Both the position numbers and the translations under genes were made by a program. Under the pieces are notes generated by a model. It made no database searches. It had not been told where the DNA came from and was given only the letters and a program-made list of their open reading frames with translations. Shown here one piece after another: positions 1 through 11,314 of a stretch of 64,000 bases of DNA. The stretch covers positions 432,900-496,899 of the forward strand of contig NW_027192213.1 in assembly GCF_041956535.1 (NCBI RefSeq), written 5' to 3'. How positions within the stretch are numbered: position 1 is the first letter of the stretch; each line of letters begins with the position of its first letter. The DNA is from Calcarisporiella thermophila CBS 279.70 (lineage: Eukaryota; Fungi; Calcarisporiellomycota).

Positions 1-166
1 AGCTGAAAGTCGATATGACCAACATATCATTTCGATCTACGATATCACATAAAGCTTTAACTTTGGCTTCCCTTTCACTTTATTGCTTATAATAATGTAA
101 CAATTGTATTTTAGAGTCTTCCTATACAATAAAGACTCGGCATTGATCAAAATAAAAAATTTTTTT

Positions 167-179
167 TTGAAGTCAACTT
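167..179 (+). repeat. Target-site duplication, 5' copy (TTGAAGTCAACTT)
   Basis: Identical to 3700-3712; lies directly before the first retroelement-coding bases. Confidence 0.9.
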
Positions 180-3100
180 TTCCTTCTGGGAAAATGCCAA
201 ATTGGAATTCAAAGCCTTCTCAATGTCCTACGCAACCATTCGGAAGCGATACACCAACAGGCGAACGGAAACCTTAGGTAAGAGGCTCAAAGAATTAGAC
301 AGATTAACCCCACCCTTGGACCCAGAAAGAGAAAGGGAGCGGGAAGATATATTAGAAGAGCAAAGAGATATCCTAAATCAGCAGATAGAGTCAAAAAGAA
401 TTAGAAGCAGGGCGAGATGGACAGAGCAAGGAGAAAGGTCGACCCGCTACTTCCATAGACTAATCAAAGCTAGACAGGCCGGCAATCAGATAAACTCGCT
501 AATAGATCAAGAAGGGAACACATCCAGCGACCTACAACAAACCCTCAGAATAGCTAGAAACTTCTATCAAACATTATACTCGCAGAATGTGACCAACAAA
601 GAAGATCAAAGAAGCTTCCTACCCAACACCCTCCCAAAGATTCCAACCGAGAAAATGGCCCACCTGGAGAGCAGATTTAGTGAGAAGGAAATAGGAATAG
701 CACTAAGATACGCACCAAAAAATAAATGCCCCGGACCAGATGGCCTACCTTTCGAATTTCTCCAAACTTTTAGCCACATTCTGAAGCCTTTTCTAACGAA
801 AGTATTTAACGCAATCCTCTCCGGTCAGAACGAAGCCCTAGGAAAATATACGCTACTAACACTCATATACAAAAAGAAGGGCGACCCGAAAGATCTAAAG
901 AATTGGAGACCTATCAGCCTAATAAATTGCGACGCAAAGCTCATGACAAGGATAATAGCCTTCAGAATCCAACCGGCGATGAAAACCATTATTAACCCAT
1001 CACAGACTGGCTTTATCAGAGGGAGGAATATATCTGAAAACACCATGACTATCAACCAGATACTCAACCTCGCAAAGATAGAGGAATTAAACGGGGCCCT
1101 CATTCTTCTGGACAACGAAAAAGCATATGATAGGATAGACCGAGGATGGCTCATGGAATGCCTTAGAGCCTTCGGGTTCGGGGCGAAGTTTACACGCCTA
1201 ATCGCATCCATATACAAAGAAAACACAGCGGCAGTCGTCATTAACAATCACATCACCCTACCCTTTCCGGTCAATCAAGGAGTACGTCAGGGCGACCCTT
1301 TATCACCCCTGCTCTATAACATTGCCATAGAACCCCTTCTGATAAAATTAAGAGCGAGCCTTACTGGAATCACCATCCCGAGAGTCACTAGCATCGTCAC
1401 CACAGCCTTCGCGGATGATATTACAGTTGCGGTAGCAAACCAGCAAGACATAGACACCCTCTCAAAGACACTCACCGATTTCCAGAGAGCTTCTAACTCC
1501 AAAATCAATTACCACAAGTCAGAAGCCGTCCCTCTATCGTCGACAGCCAGCGCAACCCTTTCGCCACTATGTGACTTCATCCATGAAGAAGGGACATTCA
1601 CTCTCCTTGGAATACCGTTCAACACCAAAAAGATCTTTCCAGGCGATGAATATTTTGAGGAACTGCTCACCAGCCTGCGGAAAACAGAAACAGTTAAAAC
1701 GTGGAGATTAAGAGCTCTCTCCTTGAAAGGAAAAGTTCTCTTGATTAACTCAAAACTGTTATCCAAACTATGGTACACGGCAAAATTGATCCCCCCTCCA
1801 GCCAAATTCTTGAAACAGCTGGACACAATCGTTAGAGACTTCCTATGGGATAAAAAGCGCCCGCAAATCGCCCTGAGTACAATGCAGCAGCCATCAGGAT
1901 TTGGATTAGGTCTCATCAACCCCAAACACCAAGTCGACGCAATTTTAGCCTCGTGGTTCCAACACTTTGCCACAACCTCGTCTTGCAGACAACCCTGGGT
2001 AAGCCTAGCAATCTACATACTGGAAAAACATTACACTCCCAACGCACTGGGAATGGGCATCCTAGCCACCCGTTACACCCAGCACAAGCTGATGAGGAAG
2101 GACGGTTTGTGGCCACACCTCGTAAGAGTGTGGCAGAGTTTAGGTGGAAAACTGGATTTAACCAAAAGATACAGATTCACCCTAGATGAAGTACTCCCCC
2201 TCCCCATTAGTAACAATTCCTATTTTACTATAGAAGGAGCACCAGTGAAAGGGAAGGCAGAAAAATTCGGGCTAGCGAAATTGGAAGATTTCTTCAAACC
2301 GCACAGAGACAATATCTACCAACCGATGATCGAACCCGAGGTGCACGCCCTATCGCAAGGAACCTGACAGATACTCGAGGGAATTCAGAGAACATTATCT
2401 CGATCTTCACCTACTATGGAGGAGAAAGCTGCTCCACCTAGACGAACGACTCGCCGAGACTCACACAGCGAATCCCCCTTGTTGGTAACAAACACAATTT
2501 TCCTTTAACAAAATGTTCTATTGCAGGGATTGAGACCACCGCCTACACCACCAAAGTTGGGAGACTATACAAGCAGGATGCGCCAACCATAATCACCGAG
2601 GAATGGAAGGACGTTTCCAATGACGTTGACAGATGGACGAAGGCATGGGCCAGGTGGAAAAGTTGTCCGTCAGAACCCAAGCACAGAACCCTTCGCTGGA
2701 GACTTATGAAGCATAAAATAGTTACCGGAATCATCACTAGCAAATGGACTGGAGATCCTAACACTTGCAAAAGGTGTTCCCTAGGGATACCTGAAACAAT
2801 TGCCCATGCCTTTCTAGACTGCCCAGCTATCGGGCAACTCTGGCAAAGAGTTGATGAGACAAACTACCGAATAATTGGAATAACGCCACACGAATCCACG
2901 AGAGAAGACAGACTGTTTGGAAAAGACAAACAAATAAGTCAACGCTTCAACGAAGTGGTTGCTCTGAGCCACGACATAGCCCTGTGGGTAATATACCGCT
3001 CGAGAATTGAATTAGTGCTGGACGATGTCCAACCCAATCCAGTAGCCATAACCAAACAATTTGACCACGAACTACAACGAGGAATAAAGTCCAAGTGGTG

Positions 3101-3239
3101 GATGGCAATGAAACAGGAACGGAAAAGAGACTTAATCGATAAATGGTCAAGGGGAAACTGGGTGAACATCATAGATGATTCTGTGATTTTCATCCAGGAC
3201 ACCTCTGAAGATCAAATCCCAGTCCCAACTTCGGCTTGA
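180..3239 (+). pseudogene. Disrupted ORF2 remnant (linker + reverse transcriptase + C-terminal zinc knuckle)
   Basis: The RT frame is open to TGA at 2365-2367. The C-terminal frame is open 2442-3239 (WTKAWARWK..PKHRTLRWRLMKH). A bridging frame is open about 2330-2488. At least two lesions are required, and there is no native start because the element begins mid-ORF. Confidence 0.88.
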
Positions 3240-3699
3240 GAACTGCACCCAACCCTCCACTGCTGTATATTAATACCATCCCCTCTATCGTTCTTTTCCA
3301 TACTCTTTCTTCTTTTTTTCTTTTTTCTTTTTCTCTTTCTCCTTTCCTCTTCCTTTACTTTTTCAATCCTTCATTTCTTTTCGTTATTTCATGTACATAA
3401 GTAGCCTATCTTAATACCAGTGCACACAACCTTTATCCCCCCCCCCTCTTACAATTATTCCTATCCCCTTCTTTATTAAGCTAATTGCTATTTCCATACT
3501 TTCCTAGCTCTTTCCTCATCGCCTTTTCTCTCTTCCTCTCACACTTAAATCCTTTTCTTCCTTCCTTTTTTCCGTCTATCCTCCAAATTCTGCAAGGTAG
3601 GCCAGGAGCATTACCTGGGTGATTTTGACGTAGAAGCTACCCTACCTTTTTAACAGGATAGGTCACTTTTCAATAAAGGTCCTTTGTTAAAAAAAAAAA
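180..3699 (+). mobile_element. 5'-truncated non-LTR retrotransposon (L1/Tx1 clade)
   Basis: RT motifs KCPGPDG, NWRPISLINCDAK, QTGFIRGR, LDNEKAYDR, GVRQGDPLSPLLY and AFADD. A zf-RVT region and CCHC knuckle (CKRC..ETIAHAFLDC) follow. Pyrimidine-rich 3' UTR, AATAAA at 3672-3677, A11 tail at 3689-3699, flanking direct repeat TTGAAGTCAACTT. No ORF1 or AP-endonuclease domain is present. Confidence 0.95.
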
Positions 3700-3712
3700 T
3701 TGAAGTCAACTT
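3700..3712 (+). repeat. Target-site duplication, 3' copy (TTGAAGTCAACTT)
   Basis: Immediately follows the poly(A) tail; identical to 167-179. Confidence 0.9.
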
Positions 3713-3747
3713 CCCCCCCAAAAAATTTTTGAAGTCAACAAATGTAA

Positions 3748-3819
3748 TCCGAATTGGTCCAGTGGCTAGGATTTCCCGCTCTCACCGGGACGGCCGGGGT
3801 TCAATTCCCCGATTCGGAG
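3748..3819 (+). tRNA. tRNA-Glu (anticodon CTC), intronless
   Basis: 72 nt. Acceptor stem TCCGAAT/ATTCGGA, D-arm with A-box (TGGTCCAGTGG), anticodon stem TCCCG/CGGGA with loop CT-CTC-AC, T-arm CGGGG-TTCAATT-CCCCG. Confidence 0.97.
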
Positions 3820-3822
3820 TAG

Positions 3823-3828
3823 TTTTTT
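3823..3828 (+). terminator. RNA polymerase III terminator (T6)
   Basis: T-run 3 nt after the tRNA discriminator base; further T-runs follow. Confidence 0.8.
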
Positions 3829-4669
3829 GCGTTTTTTTCATTATTTTTCCCCCTTTGATGGTTATAAGGACGTTTTCATCGTCGAGAGGAACTGATTGAT
3901 ACCTTTTTTGCGGGGATTTTTTTGCAATTTTTGCGGAATGATCGTAGAGGATGAGAAAATCGAAGAGAATGAAGGCGAACTTGGTTCCACCAAAACTGCT
4001 CCATAGGTCAAGGTTAATGGAAAAGGGAAACAGACTAAAGAGTGGTTTGGGGAATCTCCCTACCGAAGATTCTATTTCTCCCCATGAGAGACCCTGGAAA
4101 GATATACAAAACCATCTACCCTACTTCTATCCATTTTCGCTCTTTACAAGATACTAGGCTTAACACACTATAAAAGAGACAAGCTTTCAGCACACATTAG
4201 AAGATTAAGTAAATTTATTAGCAGTACGCTATTTGAGATCTAATTATATTGAAACATGATTCTATTTCGATCCAATATATTTTAATGGGCAATATTATCT
4301 TAATGGAAGAGGAGTAATATAGTTCAAGATAAAGTTTCTAAAGTATGTTCAAATTTAATCTCGGTTGGATGTCTTCTTTCCCATCTAGATACACTTACAT
4401 AAAATTATTACCTACATGCGCGGCAAATCAATTGGTGCGTTTTACATTCTTTATTTGTGGTCATAGTATACCTCTTATCTTATTAAAAATAGCATAATGA
4501 AAAGATAAAAAATTAACAAATCAGTGAATGTAATGAATATACCGAGGAAACTTCCCCAAATAACTATTGAACAGAATATGCTAAGCTATGAAAGAATAAT
4601 CACCAAATAAAATCAGTTTAAATAATTATTATAATAATAATAGATATCACAACGCTAATCTGCAGAGTG

Positions 4670-6592
4670 TTAAGGACTGATACGCACACTCCCACATATT
4701 TTAATGCTTTGCTTCCAAATTTGTCCTTGCCACAACAAGCCATCGATGTAGATCTCAAATGTGTTCTGTAATATTCGTAGCCATTTAGCATGGTTCTTCC
4801 CTCCAGGTCGAACTAAATGAATTCCACTGACTGCAATTGTAGTAGTTCTTTCACCTCTTGAACTATCATGGAGTGAAATAAAAACGAGTGACCTCTCCAG
4901 CTCGGCTTCTCCCAAGAACTGAAATCCAAAAGGAGTCCACTGACATTCGGATCGTAATTGCTCACCTGTAGTGCTATTTGACGGCACTGCATAAATCAAG
5001 AATTTACCAGCCTTAATATCCAATTGCCGCCTATTCACGTTTCTTCCATTCACATGTAGATCAAAAATCAACTCTCGATCGGTTGCCGTCACATTTGTAA
5101 TACCAATCAAACGGACATCTTCGAGTGATTTGTTTTCGAAAAATGGTGCAAAGAAGAAGATAAATGCAAGCAAAAATGCTATGCATAAAGCACTGATGAT
5201 AGAATTAAGTTGTCTACGTCTTGTTCTTATAAACATTGGGTATGAATTTTGATCTATATAGTTCATTTAATCGATAGGACTTACCGTCGAGTTTCCAAAC
5301 TTTCATGTATCCAAGGTGTTTCTCTAAATTTTGGAAAAACTAGTGGAGCTCGCTCATCTTCTACCACATATTTCCAAGTTATCCGGGCAGTATTATGTTT
5401 TCTGGATGAAGAAGGAACTCCGGGCGTCAACACATATTCATAGGGACGCGAAATCTCTGGTGCCACACGAAGAACTTTTGTTGAATGTTGGTTTGATGTG
5501 ACTGAACTTAGGGTAGATACGCTTCCTGTAGATGTCTTCCGAGTAGAGACAATACGTCTTGATGAAGGGTATTGTTCATATTCCTCACCACCCTCACTGG
5601 GCCCGCGATTTATTAAACGCGAAAGTGTATTTTGTTCTTGTTTTATAGGTAGAATATTGTAAGTGGATTTTGATGGTATGTTGAAAAGTGGTTCCTGGTT
5701 TCGGGAAGTGAAAGTTGAGGAAGTTGGCGTGGGTGGATTGGAAACGCTATGCGCAAACGGAGGGATGTTTGGCGTTTGTGGCTGATTTCTTCGTCGATAC
5801 ATGAACTGCTCGTTCTCGTCTGAGTCTCGTGATTGAGGAAAAAAGAAAAAGAATTAACAAATCAAAGGTATTTCGCTTAGTACTGCTAACCAGTTAATAC
5901 CTTCAGAAGCATCATCTATAGCATTTGCAATATATGCAGCAAACACTTCTGCAGGAGAAGAGGTTTGATGTAATGCTGGTGGTCTCTTCTTTTTTTTAAA
6001 ACGCGACGATTCGGGTTTTCGTCTGTTATGGACATCGTCCTATATATGAATATCATACAGAATGTATAAGCATGACAAGTAGTTAGAGATAGTAAATGCT
6101 ATATTAAATTCTTACACCACCCCAGCTTTTGTCACCAAGTTTATCCGCAATATCCGATAGCATAGTTGGAGTCGTTTCAAGTGTAAGTACACCTCCGCCA
6201 ATCGATGGATATTCACCTAAAAATCGTGTATTAGATGACGAAGAGAAACTCCCACTCAACATTTTAGGCGAAGTTGAGAGCCCGTTGTTAGTAGCTTCTC
6301 CTTCCATAGTCATAAAACGGCTTTGTAAATTCAGCGTTCTGGAGGGCGCCTTAGGATTGTTGCTAATTGGATTCTCACAATTGAATTGGCGTTGAATTTC
6401 CTCAGGTAATGGCTCCATAGTCGAGGAAATAACGGTCTGTGATATAGGTGGAGGATTGGATGGTACGTTTTGTTCATTCGAATACTTAAGTGGGGACGGT
6501 GCCGGTATATTCTTTAGCAGCTTGGTAGAAGCCCAAGGGGTATCGTCTTTTTTATCTTGAGTGCATGAGTTGGACTCCTCATTATCCAACAT
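4670..6592 (-). CDS. VAC7: Vacuolar segregation protein Vac7-like (spliced)
   Basis: Low-complexity N-terminus; SSPAEVFAAYIANAIDDASE..DSDENEQFMY motif; single TM helix; luminal domain KSLEDVRLIGITNVTATDRELIFDLHVNGRN resembling Vac7. Confidence 0.72.
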
Positions 6593-7116
6593 ATTTTTGT
6601 AAACAATATTTAGCAACCAATGAAGTTAATTCCAACTTTCACAATCGAAGGTATAATGAGGCATGTGGTTGAAACGGAGAGTTTGAAAATATATAACATG
6701 AAATTATGGGGAACAAATCGCGCCACCAGGCAGTCACATCTTACATTAATTCGAAACTAAAGTCATGGGCACGCGAGCAAACAGTTCAAAGCCACAGAAT
6801 GACAAATTCTACACAAAAATCAAACAACGCAAGTTTTTAAAATAAAGCTATCCACGTTTGTAAGGGAAAATAGTGCAGATACGTGAGGCATGGTCCAATG
6901 CATATATTAAAGCTATATTCTTTAATATACCTCGTCACAAATGAATATTAAGGCTATTCTAGCAGCGATTTAAAGATTTAACAAAAATGGGCGGATTATC
7001 TCACAGGTATCTCGTAGATATTCGAGTGCAAACAAAAAAGCAGTCATATTCGAATTAATAGACCAAAGGCATTTAATCTTTTTACAATAGTGCTAATTAT
7101 TCACCATTGTATTAAA

Positions 7117-8463
7117 ATGGGCAAATCGTCCAAAGACAAGCGGGATGTTTATTATCGTTTGGCAAAGGAGCAAGGATGGAGAGCTCGTAGCGCATTCAAA
7201 CTTCTGCAGCTGGATGAGCAATTTCACCTCTTCGAAAATGTTCGCCGAGCTGTAGATCTTTGCGCTGCTCCAGGTAGTTGGTCGCAGGTGTTAAGCAAGA
7301 AGTTGAAGTAAGGCAAATTGTACCCGCTTCGATGCTTCACTTGCTTTATTCTTATTTGTTATTATGACAGTGAAAATAAAAGCGAGCAAGACGAACCAGC
7401 TAAAATTGTTGCAGTTGATCTTCAAGCTATGGCACCGTTGCCCGATGTTATCCAACTTCAGGGTGATATTACGAAGAAATCTACAGCTGAGCAGATTATT
7501 TCATTTTTTGAAGGAGAACTTGCAGATATTGTTGTTTGTGATGGGGCTCCTGATGGTATATATAAAAAGATATAGTATTTTTGAGTCCTTAACTGAATTT
7601 AACTTTTATATATGAATAGTTACTGGGTTGCATGATATGGATGAATATATTCAAGCACAATTGCTACTTGCGGTACCATATCCATTTTAATTTCTTCTCT
7701 ATTGGAATGATTAATAACACTAACCCATTGCTATTACAGGCTCTCAATATTACTACACATGTCCTCAGGCCGGGTGGAACTTTTGTAGCGAAAATCTTTC
7801 GCGGAAAAGATATTACTCTTCTTTATGCTCAACTTAAAATATTTTTTCCGGTGGTAACGTGTAGCAAACCACGTAGCTCTCGGAACTCTAGCATTGGTGA
7901 TTATATCCTTTTCATTTGATTTATCATCTTTATTTTTGTAACATCAATTATTTTCTATTTTAGAGGCCTTTATTGTCTGTCAAAACTATTCGCCTCCAGA
8001 GGGCTATATTCCAACCATGGCCAACCCCCTTCTTGATTTTTCTTATGGAGAAGCAAATGAATTAGTCGGCAAAAACCGTGTTATCGTCCCTTTCGTTGCT
8101 TGTGGAGATTTGAAGTAAATAACGCAACCTTTTTATACTTGCGCAGAAATTGACGTATATTTTTGATATAGTGGATTTGATTCGGATATGACATATTCCC
8201 TTGAGGCCACAGAACTCACTGAGCAAATGCTGCAGGCAAACGAAACTCGCACATACAAAAAGCGCCGCAAACCTAGGGCTACGGAAGGATCTACGGAAGT
8301 AGAACATTATGATGGAGGAGATGAAGTGGAAGGGGAATATCTACAGGAAGATGGTTTATCGAATGGTTATCGTAGTTTAGATCCCCTTCAACCTCCCATT
8401 AATCCCCCTTACCGAACTGCATTACAGCTTAAGCGGAATAATTTCTATAACAAGATACCTTAG
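7117..8463 (+). CDS. TRM7: tRNA (C32/N34)-2'-O-methyltransferase Trm7/FTSJ1 (spliced)
   Basis: [85 protein letters not shown]. Confidence 0.95.
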
Positions 8464-8927
8464 CAATTGACAGCAAATATTATTATTTTATTTTCTCCTC
8501 TGATGTGCAGTATTTAATAGACAATTGGCTGCGACTCCAAATTGGTGTTTAGAAAATCGTAGGCAAATGCAATTAGAAATATTGATTTGGAATTCATCTC
8601 TTTCAAATAATGTATATATAGGGAATACTTTTTAAGTATTTGCAAATTTATCTGGATAATATGAACTCGATTGTGTTCTTGAAAAGAACATAGATAGGCT
8701 CCTTCCGCCATTAACTAAACTTGAATACTAGACAAATAACGGTATGATAAAGTAAATATTATTTATATATAGACGTACTTCATACAGATATCTGATCAAG
8801 GTTACTTGAACAGATGTATGCGAAGAATGGATTTTTAATAGTAAAAAAATGTTAAACATGAAAATAAATGTCAGGCGATTAAATCGCAGTCTAAAATCTG
8901 ATAAAACGTCGTGATAACTATAGCATG

Positions 8928-9660
8928 TTACCGGAACATGCGCATATAGGCTAATAGCGATCAGAAATTACGAATTAGTTCGGGATAAATAACTATTTTT
9001 ATGCTAGCAAACTGTATACTTCACCTAATAGCAACGCTCCAGCTCCGGTAATAGTTCCAATCATATATTGCAAAACCTGGAATTTGCTTGTTTCCATTTG
9101 TGTGCGTAGATTTGAGATTTCAGTCTCTAATCTTGTACCAGTCTCTTTTATTTTGAGTTCTTGTTCACTCGCTTCGTCTCTTATACGACCCTTCTCCAAG
9201 TTCAGGTCCAATCTTACTCCGGCTTGCATACGAGTTATTTCTTCACGAAGTTTCTGCTTTAGGCGTTCGACCTCCGCAAGCAAGCGATCGATTTCGGATT
9301 TCATCATACTGTAGTCATTCTTTTCGAGCATCTGAATTTCAGATTTAAGCTGAGCAAAGTCAACTTTATATGTGTACGAAACTTTTTCTTGGTCGGCTTT
9401 GGTGACCATGTTCCTAGTTAGATTCTGCATTCTATTCAAATTAAAATATATGGATCATTAATAAATTCCCCAGAAATTTAGTGTGAGTGTTAGCATACGT
9501 TTCATTAATGATTTCGGACAAAGATCGCATTATGGCTTCTGACTGTTCACGGGTAAATCCTTCTCGCTCAAGCTTCTGCGCAAGTTCAAATGTGTCAAAA
9601 TAGTGTCCTGTCTGTTGCTGCTGCTGGAACTGCTGTTGCCGTATGTGTTGCTGGGATTGT

Positions 9661-9704
<44 letters not shown>

Positions 9705-9872
9705 GCTGTGAAGCGTGACGCTCGTCGAGAGAAGGCGATGATGAGTCATGCACTCTTTAAGTGATAATACAATAAATAAGCAGAATCTGGAATGGAAAAA
9801 GTATAATTAATTCTTACTTTGATACGAAAATGCCGCTGACGATCTTGGAATTAATGAGCGAATTGGCATCAT
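8928..9872 (-). CDS. DUF1640 / MCUR1-CCDC90 / Fmp32-like mitochondrial coiled-coil protein (spliced)
   Basis: HYFDTFELAQKLEREGFTREQSEAIM, RLDLNLEKGRIR, C-terminal TM ending AYMRMFR; presequence-like N-terminus. Confidence 0.85.
9611..9704 (-). repeat. Polyglutamine-coding (CAA/CAG) microsatellite
   Basis: (CAACAG)n run encoding Q15 followed by shorter Q tracts. Confidence 0.85.
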
Positions 9873-10300
9873 TTTTGAATTTAATTTTCTTAAAAACTAA
9901 TCTGGCATTAGAACTGAACTACCTACCTACTAATATAAAACCAAGCCACCCATTTTTTTTTAACTTCTATATTGAAATTCTGAGGAATACGATGTTAAAT
10001 GAAAGATTTGAAGGAAATGTGCGTGTATATCGAATAAAATCATAAATTAATAAGAAAAAGAGCAATAGTTCAATAATAACTGTAGAAATCATTAATCATG
10101 CAATACGCACTATTAGTTTAGTTATTTAGCAAATAATAAGACTACATTAGTAGTTCAGGAAATTCTATACTAGTGCGAAATAAATTATTGCTTTATATAT
10201 AAAGGATATGAGAAACTTGAAAAAAAAAATTGTAAAAGCTCTAAGTAATAAAGACAAGTAAAGTCATAGTATATAGATCTATCATAAGACCGATAAACAC

Positions 10301-11314
10301 TTAAAACTTTTGAAATTTTCCTTGCACAAAAATACGATCGACGCACATTTCCAATTTCCTGTTGGTAGTTTGACGATAAACATATTCGCATAAAATAGTT
10401 TTAAATCCTTCTCGCTCGAACGTTGAGGAAATGCTCTCTACTGTTCCGAAATGTGATAGCGTACCATCTTGTCGTACATACAAGTCTTTGGCAAGCTTGT
10501 GCCCGGGTGACTTTGCGAATTTTATTTGGGCAGCATCGTAACGAGCATAATCACGAAAAAGTATAATTCCACCGGGTTTGAGAACAGAACATAGATTGCG
10601 AATAGCGGAAGAAAAAGATTCGGGGGGTATTGCGGAAAAGACAAATATGGCGGATACCTGTTAAGTAGAGACATTAATATTTCAATTAATCGATAAAAGC
10701 AAATTATAGTACTCACTATATCAATAGTTGTTGAGGGGATATTATCTGTTAAATCATCTTTCGTTAAATCGCATACAAAAGCTTTGCAACGTTTCTCGTC
10801 ATATTCTGCATTTGCCTTTACGAACTCAACGGCACGCTTTGAGAAATCGCAGGCATAAATGAAAAGGTCCGGATTTGATTTCAAGGTAGGAAAAAGAAAA
10901 TTCCCAACACCACAGCCAATTTCTAATACGGTTTTGGAATTGCCATCCGGAACTAGCTCGGCAAACTCACGATCCACCCAATGACGATCTTTGAAGAAAT
11001 TCGTAGTGTTACGCTTATAGAAGAGATCCCTAAGATGAATATAAATAGGTGCGAGTGATGCGAGATTTGGGTTAGAAAAATGATATATATATCTATAGTG
11101 ATAGCAAAATTGAGGACTAGTACCAATTTTTAGCAGCTTCATTTTTATATTTCTTTACCCAAAACTCTGGCACCTGACTTGTGTCTTGCTCTATGATATC
11201 CGCCGCAACTCGGAGCTGTTCCGGGTCAATCTCTTCCATGCGCTCGGCATCAACACCTGTTATATTATTGAAGTTCTTACTGGATAAAGCGTCTATTGAA
11301 TTGTACTCTGTCAT
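10301..11314 (-). CDS. tRNA m3C32 methyltransferase, METTL6/Trm140 family (spliced)
   Basis: AAKNWD-LFYKRNTTNFFKDRHW, LEIGCGVGN, YACDFSKRAV, RDYARYD, YVRQDGTLS, DRIFVQGKFQK. Confidence 0.9.

Noticed and set aside
825-3202. Antisense ORFs within the retrotransposon
   Set aside because: Shadow ORFs of the A/C-rich coding strand; no domain evidence.
3684-3899. 71-aa ORF across the poly(A) tail and tRNA
   Set aside because: TTG start; overlaps the TSD and tRNA gene; spurious.
5226-5284. Apparent stop/frameshift or 31-nt micro-intron in VAC7
   Set aside because: A roughly 59-nt GTAAGT...TAAG intron restores the frame.
7556-7963. U12-type signals in TRM7 introns (TCCTTAAC at 7586-7593; ATATCCTTTT near 7903)
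   Set aside because: The donors that preserve the protein are GTATAT and GTGATT, not RTATCCTT; the two signals lie in different introns.
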